Source: Schmidtea polychroa (taxonomy: Eukaryota). From it: a stretch of DNA of 64,000 nucleotides. The notes under the pieces are model-generated. The model was not told the origin of the DNA. It did no database searches and saw only the letters and a list, made by a program, of their open reading frames with translations. Position numbers and translations under genes: made by a program. Below are positions 10,893-22,673 of the stretch, one piece after another (the first letter of the stretch is position 1; each line of letters begins with the position of its first letter). The stretch covers positions 19,098,001 to 19,162,000 of the forward strand of contig CM097885.1 in assembly GCA_044892525.1 (NCBI GenBank). Reading direction: 5' to 3'.

Positions 10893-13700
10893 CTAAAATG
10901 TTATTACCTTAATTGTGCTTTGATATTCTGATTGTGAAATTTTACTTGTAATTTTATCACAAATATCCTGAATATCTGGCGGCATCGACATGAAGCCTTT
11001 ACTGTTTTCCAGCTCTTCGTTATGATGCCCGTTTTTATATTTTGATTTAAAAGTCAAACTGTTTTTTGGAGATTTGATTTCGTTTGTGAATTCTGACCTC
11101 GTCAAATGATTGACATCCGGACAGTGATAATGTTGGGTTTCAATTGACAAAGGAATCCTATGATGTTGTCGTCGTTTCTGCCACTTGACAATAAAAACAA
11201 TGGGAATCACAGCGCATATCAAAATCACCAATGCGCAAGTTGGAATCAGTCCGAGAATGAGCAAAATGTGAGACGAGAATTTCGAATTGTCACTCATTGG
11301 CATATGAATGTTTATTGTTAAATTTGAATAATTTGTTTTACTAGGTAATCCTTGATCTTGAGCTGAAACTTGAAGAACGTAATTTCCCGGTTTTAATTGA
11401 CTTATGGAAGTTAAATCACCGGTAAATCTGTCGAGATCGAACAATCCCAGTTGGCTATGTAATTTATATGAAATATTTTCGTTGGCAGCTTTATCTAAAT
11501 CTATAGCTCTGATTCTTGTAAGCTTTGAACCCGATCCAGTCAAGGAAACACTGAGATTTAAGTAATTGTCTTTGGAACTCGGAAAGATCCATTGGGGATA
11601 ATTGTCGTTTTCGTCGAGTATTTGCAAATGTACAGTCAAAGTCGACGATAGTGATGGGATTCCTTGATCTGTTGCGATCACCGATATGACGCACTGTTGA
11701 AATCTTTCATAATCCAAAACGACTGTTGATCTAATTTCACCAATTTTATTCACTTGAAACTCAATTTCGATTTTATCATCGCTCTTATTAAAACAAAACG
11801 ATTTAACGCTTGAAATTGAAAATTGAGAATTTCTATTTTGATCAATATCACGAATTTTAATCCTCCCCAAAGAGGATTCGATTAAGGAATTTTCTACGAC
11901 TTCAAAGTTATTTCTCCCAACTAGCACTGGAGGATTATCGTTAATATCTATCACAGTTATTAATACCGAGCTGCTGCTGGTGAAATTTTTATTATCAAGT
12001 CCAATATTTATTATTATTATTAACAAATCGATCCGATCAATTTTTTCCCGATCAATCGGGTGAACCAACATCAATTTCCCGTTTTTCTTATCGATTATAT
12101 GGATTTTAAACCAACTTCCGTAAGTGCCGTTGACTTGAAATTCATTATTCGACGTTGCGTCTGCGTCAGCCAATGCAAACTTTATGATGTTTTCGGATTT
12201 CAATTCTTCCATTGTTGTCGCACTGTAGAATTGGCTATCAAAATACGGGGGGTATTCGTTGCAGTCTAATATATTGATACTAATCGACACAACTGTCGAT
12301 AAACTTGGAGACCCATTATCCGTACAATTTAAATAATAAGAAGATACGTGATTATCATTTTCCTTATCGTACGACACATTAGTAACAAGTTTGTAAAATT
12401 TATGTCTACCCTTTATAGGCTGTAAAATGATTTCTTTCGATTTCAATGACTTTGTACTGTGAAGTTGGCAAGAGACTTTCCCGTTAACTCCTCTATCTTT
12501 ATCGTCGACCCGTACAATTGCTAAAATAATTGAAGGAGGTTGATTCTCAAATATGTCAATCTGATAATAGTTATCAGAAATATATTTTGAAGTAATATTT
12601 TGAGAAGGATTCAATCTCACCTCAGGTCGGTTGTCATTGACATCTATTATATGAATTAATAATTTCGTCCAAGCAAACTTTGGAACCGAACCACAATCTT
12701 GGGCTTCAATAGTGACAAGGATCTTTTCCAATCCCAATAAAGGTTTTATTAAATAGATATCTCCAATTTTAGAATCAATTCTGATAAATTGAGACCCATA
12801 TTCATTGGCATCTCCTAGCCGATAAAGTATTTTACCAAAATCCCCCTTTTCGTTGTCGTATGCATGGACTTTAAGAATTTGGGATCCGACTTTTAAGGTT
12901 TCATTGACAACAACTGAATAGTTCTTTTGAATAAACTTTGGTGACATATCATTTATGTCTATTATTTCTATTATTAACTTTTGTTTTGAACACAATGAAC
13001 CGGTGTCACATACTTCTAGTACCAAATTATACAGTTCAACCGTTTCAAAATCCAAATCCTTTATTAATTTCAATTTCGGTTGCGTTAGAGAGGAAATTAA
13101 TATAAACGGCGAGTCTTCTGATGCCAACAGTTTATAATTATCTATACCAAATTGAAGGCTATCCAAGTCAGAAGCCTTTTCCAAATCGAAAGTATAATTT
13201 ATTTTTTCATTTTCTGGTATTTGTATAATTCGTTTGTTGTGCTGAAATTTAGGTGGATTGTCATTGACGTCGATTATATTTATTTTAATATTTATTAAAT
13301 ATTCAACAACAGAAACTACAAGAGAAATACTGCAAGGCAAGTTCGTTCCCGAAACCTTAGGACAAATAGCCTCTCTGTCGATTTCAGCCGACGTAGAAAT
13401 GACTCCTGAATACTGATCTATTACAAATAAAGGTCTGTCGGACTGATATTCAATTTGTTGCAAGTGAAAATGAACTCCGGCTTTATATCTGAATTTCTCA
13501 ATGACTTCTGTCAAAATGCCGACTCTGTTTGAGGGGGATAAATTTTCTGAAATGCTAAAAGTCACATCTAATGATTTTGTCGCACTCACAATACATCCAA
13601 AAAAGAAAATACTCTGAAACAATGAATGGAAATTCTGATGATCTATATAAAAAATCCAACTGATCACAATGAGGGATTTGTTTATTCGATATGTTGGCAT
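10893..13700 (-). CDS. Protocadherin (delta-like, 7 extracellular cadherin repeats, TM helix, cytoplasmic tail); single large exon
   Basis: 935-aa ORF; linkers DVNDNPP, DINDMSP, DVNDNRP, DCNEYPP, DINDNPP, DENDNYP plus a 7th repeat; IDRE/LDFE/LDYE motifs; IDREAIC...C in EC1; TM LLILGLIPTCALVILICAVIPIVFIV followed by KWQKRR. Confidence 0.95.
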   Translation of the reverse strand: MPTYRINKSLIVISWIFYIDHQNFHSLFQSIFFFGCIVSATKSLDVTFSISENLSPSNRVGILTEVIEKFRYKAGVHFHLQQIEYQSDRPLFVIDQYSGVISTSAEIDREAICPKVSGTNLPCSISLVVSVVEYLINIKINIIDVNDNPPKFQHNKRIIQIPENEKINYTFDLEKASDLDSLQFGIDNYKLLASEDSPFILISSLTQPKLKLIKDLDFETVELYNLVLEVCDTGSLCSKQKLIIEIIDINDMSPKFIQKNYSVVVNETLKVGSQILKVHAYDNEKGDFGKILYRLGDANEYGSQFIRIDSKIGDIYLIKPLLGLEKILVTIEAQDCGSVPKFAWTKLLIHIIDVNDNRPEVRLNPSQNITSKYISDNYYQIDIFENQPPSIILAIVRVDDKDRGVNGKVSCQLHSTKSLKSKEIILQPIKGRHKFYKLVTNVSYDKENDNHVSSYYLNCTDNGSPSLSTVVSISINILDCNEYPPYFDSQFYSATTMEELKSENIIKFALADADATSNNEFQVNGTYGSWFKIHIIDKKNGKLMLVHPIDREKIDRIDLLIIIINIGLDNKNFTSSSSVLITVIDINDNPPVLVGRNNFEVVENSLIESSLGRIKIRDIDQNRNSQFSISSVKSFCFNKSDDKIEIEFQVNKIGEIRSTVVLDYERFQQCVISVIATDQGIPSLSSTLTVHLQILDENDNYPQWIFPSSKDNYLNLSVSLTGSGSKLTRIRAIDLDKAANENISYKLHSQLGLFDLDRFTGDLTSISQLKPGNYVLQVSAQDQGLPSKTNYSNLTINIHMPMSDNSKFSSHILLILGLIPTCALVILICAVIPIVFIVKWQKRRQHHRIPLSIETQHYHCPDVNHLTRSEFTNEIKSPKNSLTFKSKYKNGHHNEELENSKGFMSMPPDIQDICDKITSKISQSEYQSTIKVITF

Positions 13701-13799
13701 GTTTGATTAAACCGTTGAAAAATATTTGTAAAAAAAATTGTTAGAAAAATTTTTACAAATTACTCTTTCTTAAAATTTTCATTTAAATTGTTTAGGAAA

Positions 13800-13840
13800 T
13801 TCAACCAATGAAATTTAGAATAATTTTACATCCAATCACC
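13800..13840 (-). promoter_or_regulatory. Candidate protocadherin proximal promoter (two CCAAT boxes)
   Basis: CCAAT at 13805-13809 and 13832-13836, 105-135 bp upstream of the ATG. Confidence 0.3.
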
Positions 13841-14318
13841 ATCGAGATAACCGAATAACAATGAATGTGTAATAAATTGAAAAAAAATATTATAATAATT
13901 ACTTTTTTATAAAATTATAATTCATGTTAATTATAAGAATCGTGACGAAATATGAGAAATAAATAACTGACATTTCTTTCCGATAATGTAAAATAAATTG
14001 TTGTTTTGATTGATGTTTTTGTGCGTTTTTTTTGATTATGTTTCTGAATAATTATTTAGTTGATTCTGTCATCTTGGAGAATTTGTGTACACATTTCTTT
14101 GATCAACCACTAAGTTTTACCATGAAATAATGAAAATTTCATAAATACAAGTCGCTAAGTAAAAGACAATTTCACCAACGACCTGACCGCTAGTTATGTC
14201 ATTATAAAACGAGCGTCTTTTACGGAGGTTACATAACCTTTACTTTCATTTTTATTTGTTTACAACTTTTTTTAATTTTTTTAATCAAAAAGAAAATGAA
14301 TCTCAAAAAGGTTAGAAT

Positions 14319-14549
14319 CAGTGCCAGCTTTAGACAATTTTGAAAAAAAATACAATTTGGCGATACATAAAAAGTGCAATATATTTTTTGTGCTACATAA
14401 AAAGTGATATTAATAGCACATAGGACAACAAATAATTTTCATAACATAAAAAATATTTTTAAATTAAAATTTTTCATAATTTTGTCGCCCCTTAAAATAA
14501 TGCCGCTCTAAGCAGCTGCCTATGTCGTCTATACCTAAAGCCGGCACTG
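14319..14549. mobile_element. hAT-type MITE upstream of the protocadherin
   Basis: TIRs CAGTGCCAGCTTTAG / CTAAAGCCGGCACTG; TSD GTTAGAAT / GATAGAAT. Confidence 0.85.
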
Positions 14550-14759
14550 GATAGAATATAAGCTGAATATAAAGTGGAAGTTGAATTAGTTAGTTCTCCA
14601 GTTCCTTTGCTTGACTCTAAAAGATTAAATTTAAAAATATAAAAATTGATAGATAATATTGAAGTAAAAGTTGAAGTTAATTTGAGGAATATAAAAATAT
14701 GTATAAATATACAAATTGTGATTACTTTCTGATTAGTAAAAGAAAGAACATTTGATAAA

Positions 14760-15250
14760 TATCTCTTCAGTCTAGAACAGTTTATGTCCTTTTTTTCTAC
14801 ATATTCCCAGGTACATGTATTTATTAAGGGACTCCAAGAATAGAAATAACGTTTTATATTAGTGATTTGGGTTTTCTACCAAAGACCTTTTGCAAAAACT
14901 GCTAATAAGTTGAACTTTAATCCTCTTTACTACAATATTATCACTCAAATAATGGAGACAGTTAAGCTTGAAAATTAAATATTAAAGAAACCTTCATTTT
15001 TATGAAAGAAAAATAATAGTTTCGGAAATGGAACTTCTGCAACACCTTCGAAAGATTCTGATTTAATATATTTACTTTAATTTGATACACATCTTGTTTT
15101 CCTTACGAAGAATTACCGATTGCTCATATAATATTTAAAATTATAGTCCTCTATTACCTTTGTCTGGCACTATACTCTCCCAATCATGCATTTGCTGGTT
15201 AACCAGATTTTATGATCTCACTCATTTTGGATTACATATTGTAAATTGAA
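14760..15250 (-). mobile_element. Highly decayed Penelope-like remnant
   Basis: Minus-strand fragments IVPDKGNRG and VFGRKP resemble PLE motifs; no continuous frame. Confidence 0.3.
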
Positions 15251-16513
15251 TTTATTCGAAATAAACTATTTAAAATTATAATTTATGAGCTACTGAAATA
15301 ACGTACTTAATGCCTTAGTATGTGATTGACAATGACATATACGTTGACATCTAAATACATAATTCTCTACGTATGTATGAAAATGAGTGATTATGGAATA
15401 CAGCTTAATTAAAATCACCAAAAATCAACAAACATTTTATTATTACTTTTAATTTTGATCGACAATATGATATTTTTATTTTAATGTTATCTGAAAATCG
15501 ACTTTCCTCTATTGGACCATTAATTCTTTATTAATTCTTTTTTTAAATTTCCGTCATTTTTTGACGGGTAATAGCTATTATTTATACAATATAATAATGT
15601 AATAATGTTAAAATTTCCTTACATATTTATTATTAGTATTTTAATAAATTTATTTTTATTTTTCAATTTTATCTTATACGCCATTCTAAAAATAACTTAA
15701 TATTTTGTTTAATATATAAATAAGCTATTGTGGGAAATAAGAAAAATGAATATCACAAGATTAAAACTAACAAATAAAATTTAGAAAATATTCTTTACAC
15801 AAGTGAAAAGAATAACTTTTTTATTAAAAATAATTGAAAATATTTTTTTGATTCCAATTTTGAATTCCAAAAAAATTATTTATTTAAAAGTTTCATTATT
15901 TTAACAAAATTTGTTAAAAATTTTTCAAACACTGTTTCAGTAAAATAAGTATGAAATTAAATATTTTGTCTATGAATAGACGGATAGACCGAGTTACGTG
16001 ACATACTTCGGGAGTAAAGGTTATTAATAACATGAAACTGTCGTTTCCAGGGGATTTATAATGATAAATATTCATATCACATATTGGATTCCAGAATTAA
16101 AATATCATTTTATTTTATTTCACGGTAAAAAAAACAAGAAAGAACTTCATGTATCATTTAAAATTCCTTTTTTTATAATTCCTTTAAAATTTATTTAAAT
16201 TTTTAGATTTATTAATTTAAACAAAAACTGTTGACAATAATTATAATAAAATTAATTAATTTTATAGTCACAATAAATTCTTTGCTAATCAAATATTAAT
16301 TATTATTTAATCACAAATGCCTCCCAATAAATTTTTTTCAGTAATTTTAAAGAAAATGTCCATATCCTTAAAGTCAAATTTTTAATTAAATGTTTATTAC
16401 ATTTGTAGTTAAAAAGGCAATTGAGAGTGCTGAAAAAATTATTGCCTGTTGAGTTATAAATTATATTTATATATGTACAATATTAATATAAAATATTATT
16501 TCAAATTTTTTAT

Positions 16514-18369
16514 TTGTTAAGATTGTGATATCGATAAATTGATTAATCGGACAAAAATATCATTTTAAAATTATCGATAAATCCTCTAAATATTATCGAT
16601 AATTCGATAAATAAACCAACACACATTTTTCAATTTCTGAAAAAGTTTTTCAAAGTTTTCAAGTTTGATTTTTCAAAATTAAAAATATCAACAGTATGAA
16701 TTTAATTTTGAAATTGATAATATTATTTCAATAATAACGGACGGTGCTTCTATGATGACGAAAGCGGGAAAATTAGTAAATGCTGACCATCAGCTTTGCT
16801 TAGCACGTGGCATGTGGTAAAAGTTCATTATAAAAACACAAACCGTAAATTAAGAATTAAATAATTATGAGAATCCAAATAATGATGAAGATGATGAAAG
16901 TGAAGAAAATGAAGGTTTTGAGGTAATACATAGAAGAAGTTTCAAACATAATATTGAACTAAAAAAATATACTCGCTAATTGAACAAATATAAATGTCAT
17001 AAATGTTTTTTGCAGATCACCTAAAAAAATGATAGTGTTCTACAAAAATATGTAAAGGCAGAATTTGGAAAAGTAATGGAATTAAAATTGGAGGTACTTC
17101 CGTGTTATCTTACCCCCAAAAATTAAATTATAAAATACAATTAAAATAACAATATAAAAAATGAGAGAATACATTATTGATGACGTTGTTGAATATTATT
17201 GAACATGAATTTATTAAGGCTATCTGTGATTTATGTGATTATGTGATTATGTGAGTTTATGTGACGCAAACGTGTTCTAAGCAACAGTGTCGATGTGTTC
17301 GACACTATTCTCAACGACATTGTGGTTTTTCTGGCCACATGGATGACCATTTACAAACTCTTTACAAACATTTGCTGAGTTTGTAACTATGATTTAGAAA
17401 ATAAATATAATAATTATATGTGTTCTTTTTTAATTTAATTTTTGGGGGTAAGATAACACGGAAGTACCAAATTGGATTCGAAAACACGATGGAATAGTTT
17501 ACTAGATATGCTGGAACGATTTCAACTAATTAAAAATATGGTAAAAAAGTAACAATTTCATATATCATCAAGTATAATATCAGCGCTGTTTCCCATTAAA
17601 GTGGCGGTGGAAATACTTTGTTTTCGAGACACAAATCACTTTAAAATTTATGATGGATGAATTATCTTAACGAAACAGCTGTTTAACTAATCAATTTAAA
17701 TCAGAATGGATGATACGTATCAAAGAACGCAAAAAAACTTTTACAGATGTTTTTTCAATATTTGAATAATTCACAGGGCTACTTTACATCAAACAAAGAA
17801 GATTATGATATATTCTATCAAACAAGTAAAAGTTCAATAACTGAAGATATTTTAAAATTGTTAATGAGTCAATGTGATAAAAATGATGAAGTTTTAGAGG
17901 TGTCAGACACTCCTGTTCTTGATGTTATATTATCAATGAAAGTAAACCATCACCGAAAAATACAAGAAAAATCTAATTTAAATCTCGAAGGGCCATAGCT
18001 AAAAACGTTAAGAGATATAAATAAAATAATCAAAAGAGAAATGATATAATTTGAAGATATGAAAGTTCGTGGTAAATACTTAGAATTGGCCTATAACTAC
18101 CTTAGATCCGTGCACAAAACAAGTGTTAATTAAGAAAGGGCGTTTGCGGCTGCAGGGATTTTCTGCACAAAAATACGGTCACACTTAAATGATGAAAGCT
18201 GACGTTATGATTTTTAAGAGCGTTTTTTAATAAGTTAAATTAAATAAAAATCTTTAATAAAAAATTTGAATTGTTTGATTTTTATCGATAATTATCGATA
18301 AATCGATAAATGATAAATTTTTTTTCGAATTATCGATAATTAAATTTTTAAGATACTTTGCAATCACTA
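16514..18369 (+). mobile_element. Defective hAT transposon
   Basis: Transposase fragments IITDGASMM..HQLCLA, LKLD/SKTRWNSLLDMLERF, TSVN*ERAFAAAG..CTKIRSHLND; subterminal ATCGAT repeats; right end GCAATCACTA; left end approximate. Confidence 0.85.
17093..17468. mobile_element. Merlin-type non-autonomous element nested in the hAT transposase
   Basis: Perfect TIR of about 38 bp starting GGTACTTCCGTGTTATCTTACCCCC; exact 8-bp TSD AAATTGGA. Confidence 0.85.
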
Positions 18370-18458
18370 ATTTTTATCATAGCAAAAACGAACTGTATGA
18401 CTAGACCAAAAGCTTAGGTAAATATATTTTACTTAAATCTGTCAACAATTTTTTAGAT

Positions 18459-18722
18459 CAGTGATGGCGAACATTTTTGACAATGGAAGTCAGAATTGAA
18501 TTTATTAACCTATGGGTCAAGTATTATTTTATTTATTAAAAATTTAACAAAATTTCACGTAAATATAATATGATTTTATTTATTATACATTAATTAGATA
18601 TATATTCGAACACACTCGTATGATTATAATTTTATAATTAAAAAACAAAACAACTTGCGGGTCACTTGAATTCATTGCGTGGGTCAGTGTCTCAACAGTG
18701 AATCATAGGTTCGCCGTCACTG
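18459..18722. mobile_element. hAT-type MITE
   Basis: TIRs CAGTGATGGCGAAC / GTTCGCCGTCACTG; TSD TTTTAGAT / ATTTAGAT. Confidence 0.85.
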
Positions 18723-19445
18723 ATTTAGATAAGGCACGTCCTAAATTTTTCTAAACAAGTATAAAATATTGAAGATATTTATTACTTTTACAGAAACTAC
18801 TTATTTGTCGGATTGATCTTTTATATCAGTTAATTTTTTTAAATATAATTTTCTAAGAAATTGAGTAAAATAATATATCACCTGAAAACTTCGTTTTACT
18901 TCGTAAGTTTCTCTGATTCTGAACGTGTAATAACTCGTATTTGTGATAGGATATTGACTGCAACTTCGTTGAAAAAGACAAAACAGGTTCTGAAATACAT
19001 TTTATTGTAAACTTAATAGTTATTAATATATAATTCCTAATTCTTTGTATAATGAAGTGTATAAATAAAATTTTAATATTAACTCGTTCCTATTCTTTGT
19101 TTGGGAAAATATTACCTTAATTATAAAAACAAAGTTTAATTTTCCTGATAATATTAATCATTTCTTATGAAAAAAGAAAATTGCTGAGTTTGACAAGCAC
19201 AATGTCAACTTGTAAAACTGTGAAAGAGTATATAAAGACTTTGTTATATTACCAAAATTAGAGAAGAATTGTATTTAACTCACAGAATCGTCTAGATTAT
19301 TGTCGGAAGATTGTCATCATACTTGCAGTCAATCATTTCCAACAGTTACTTTCAACAGAGTATATCCAACAGTTATAAGGTAAATATATAATAAAATGAA
19401 ATTTCATTATAAGAATTATTTCAATTTTCACGACTGATTTCTTTT

Positions 19446-19555
19446 CAATTGACATTGTATTTATTAAAAAACTTGACTATGAATCAGTAAATATATAAAA
19501 AAAACATCGATATATTTACTGATTCATAGTCAAGCTTTTTATTAAATAAAATGAA
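19446..19555. repeat. Penelope pseudo-LTR-derived hairpin repeat
   Basis: Arms CTTGACTATGAATCAGTAAATATAT / ATATATTTACTGATTCATAGTCAAG. Confidence 0.7.
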
Positions 19556-20099
19556 ATTTTATTCTAAAAATTGTTCATTAACGTTTAAATAATTCTTGTA
19601 ACATACTTATTAACATACTTTATGTAATTTGACTTTTAAATATGTATCTTATTGTAATTGTTACATGAGCTGGATCTTGTATTCTTTGTACATATTATAA
19701 ATTGATAAAAATGTAAATAGATTAAAATTTAAAATATTTTTTATTTATTTTATTAATTACTTTTAAATATAAATAAGAATTAAGTTTAATTAGTATAGCT
19801 TAAATACTCTTATTATTACTATACATTTTTTTTAATTAAGTCAATAAAATAAATTGTTTTAATTTAATAAATTAAATTGATTTTATTTAGATAAGTCAAT
19901 CGGTTTTGTACTGATGATATTGTAACCATCAATCAAATACGCAAATAATTAATTGAAATAAATTATTTTTTTCATATTTTCCTATATATTATCAATTACT
20001 AAAAAAAGTAAGTTGAGATGTATTGCACATTTAAATCAACACTTGAATTTCCTTTTTAAAAATTTGCACTTAAAAATCAATAAATGGGTATGACTTATC

Positions 20100-21150
20100 G
20101 GTGAACCGATAATTCGTAGATCTGATCAAATGTGAGTCAGGCCACTAGATGATGTGTCATACTCTTTGTTATTTAAACACAAGACATCAAATACAAACTC
20201 CTGGTCACTAAAGGGGAATAGAAAGATGAAAACAAAGTCAAAGACATAAATACAACACGATGAGCATATAAATAACAAAATAGAATTTATGCGAAGGAAA
20301 CAAATAAAAAAGATGATAATAACAGAAAATAATTGGAATTTTTAAAATTCAGCTATTTCTATTCAAAAGCATGCTGGAGAAGATGAGGTACATTATAAAA
20401 ATGATGTTGTTCTAGCTATCTGGAAATGTTGAGGATGAAAATAGGATAAAAACGATAAGATAAGAAAACAAGACAAGAATATCAATATGACTTAAGTATT
20501 TATGTAGCAATACAATCGTATCAAGCGGTTCTACGATGTATCGTGGTATTACTGATTGTATGCAAAAACAAATATCACCTTTGATTCCGTCAGCATCAAT
20601 GAAAATTAAACATTGTCCCTTTGCATGAGTTATAGTTCTCAATATTGACATGGATCCATTTATATAATCTTTCGATAATACCATAGAAATATATAGAAAT
20701 TTTCAGTTGAATTAATTTTGTATTTTAAACTTACACATTAGTCCGAGGAAATCTATATTCTAATTTCGAGACTTCACCATCTTTACTTTCTCTTCGGGAA
20801 ATATACATATGTATAAAAAGCAATTAATAAATGGCGAAAAAATGGGACAGGGAATACATTGATATCAACACTCTATTTAAATCTAAATTGATTAATTCCA
20901 TGTATAAAGATAACTGTAAGTTTTTAAATAAAAGTCTCTGTGGTAAAACCGTAAAGAATCTTGAAATACGTATGAATATGAGACTTTTTTAACACAACCT
21001 CGAAGTTGATAACATTTATTTCAAAACCTACGTTTAGGAAAACATTAAATCTTAGCAATGATTTGATTCTTTTCTTGCTGAATAAGGATTTGGTGTGTGT
21101 AGATAGACCTAATTACGTTGGCCAAATTGCATAGGATTGTTATTAACTGA
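20100..21150 (+). mobile_element. Decayed Penelope-like retroelement remnant
   Basis: Fragments IRKQDKN, GSTMYRG..MQKQISPLIP and GIY-YIG-like CGKTVKNLEIRM; boundaries approximate. Confidence 0.4.
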
Positions 21151-21917
21151 ATATTTGCGAGTTTTAGTATAGGGATTTACATAAATATCGTAACGAACTC
21201 AACTGCAAAATAATAATCATTGTCGGTGACACATTTTTTGTTTATTGAAATTCAAAATTGTTAGTTAGAAATTGTAAGTAAACATTAATTAAATGGAATT
21301 TGATATTGCAAATGATGACCAAAAACATAACGTGACCTGATTTTGTCATTGTGTTGGCGGGTACTACCCAGTTGACCCTTCCTGGTCTACCTTTAATCTA
21401 GGGGATGAATGTCATTTCTACCTGACCTGCCATTAACTGTGCCACCCTGGGCAGAATCCGTACATAACCCATACTCCAACATAGCACCCGTGAACCCCGG
21501 CACGTTGGAACTGTGCTATTCCGGCGAGACGCCAGTAAGCAGGTGAGCCCCTGCCTTAGGACTACTCCTTACTGAGGCCTGGACTTCCCATTCCTGACGG
21601 CCGATAGAAGGTCTTACGTCTTATCACTTCCTCTCCCTACGCAACGCCTTTCGTTTGGAACGCAAATCAACTAATGCTCTTCACATCCTTACGGCAGTCA
21701 ATACTGATTGTAATATCACACTGAACTCGTTAAAAAGAAAAGAAAATTCTAGAAAATATATTGATACAAAAAATGGGTTGTTTCCAACACTAACATACAA
21801 GGTGATCCGAGAAATTAGATTACGGAGTTATGAATCTACGAAAAACACACAAAACGGAAAACGTGAATAGTTCGCTCGTATTCCTCTAGAGGATAAGGTC
21901 ACTCCATGGAGAAGACG

Positions 21918-22673
21918 TTAATCTTCCCACTCTGTGGCGGCTAACAGTTCTTCAAGGTCGAAGAATTCGGAGGCATTCTCCTCCCACGCCACTCCGGCGG
22001 CAGAAACTATTCGCCCTGGCATTCCAGTTGTTAAATCGACTATGACAGGTGGATTCGTGACTTCAGTCGTAGGAGCTATGGGTTCGGGCTGCTTCGTGGT
22101 TGCTCGCTCCCTTTGCCTCCTTTTGCGCTCGGCTCGAGATAATTGTTTTCGCTTCGGTTTCGAGACTGATAGATTATTCGGGGGTGCCGCAGGTACAGAA
22201 GTGGGTGCAGGTAGAGCCTGACCGATTCCGACGAAGACGGTATTTGGTCGGGTCGGCGAAAGTTGGGTTTCGACGCATTGTCGACAGGCTCTCTTGGAAG
22301 ATGATGGGGCTGCACTAGAGGTATCATGATGTGCCGGAAATAGTTCATCGGCTTCCTGAATGGGAATGCTGACAATCTTTCTGGTGGTTGCTGCCTGCAG
22401 ATACACCTTGTGCAGGGCTTCAGACTGTTCCTTTATAAGGCTCCTCTGTGCGCGACTCTCAGAAATTAGAGCGTCACGACAATGCTCGCTTCGATATAAT
22501 TTTTTATTCACCTCCTTCATTTGAGTGGGGGTAAATCAGGTACCCTCCAGCTCATCTATCCTTTTCTTATAGCGCCCTATCTACGCTTGAAGATCCTTGA
22601 TTACTACGTTCTTATCGGAGCAGGACAAGCAAGGCTTAAGTATGGATCTTGTATTTGGGATCATCTCGGATAT
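21918..22673 (-). pseudogene. Unknown basic/Pro-rich protein within the solo-LTR-like element
   Basis: 200-aa ORF (21918-22520) that extends in frame through two stops to a polypyrimidine acceptor TTTTTTCTTTTATAG; CxxC motifs, KPKRK..RKRRQR, acidic C-terminus. Confidence 0.5.

Noticed and set aside
11491..13137. Short ORFs overlapping the protocadherin
   Set aside because: Alternative-frame or antisense shadows of the long CDS
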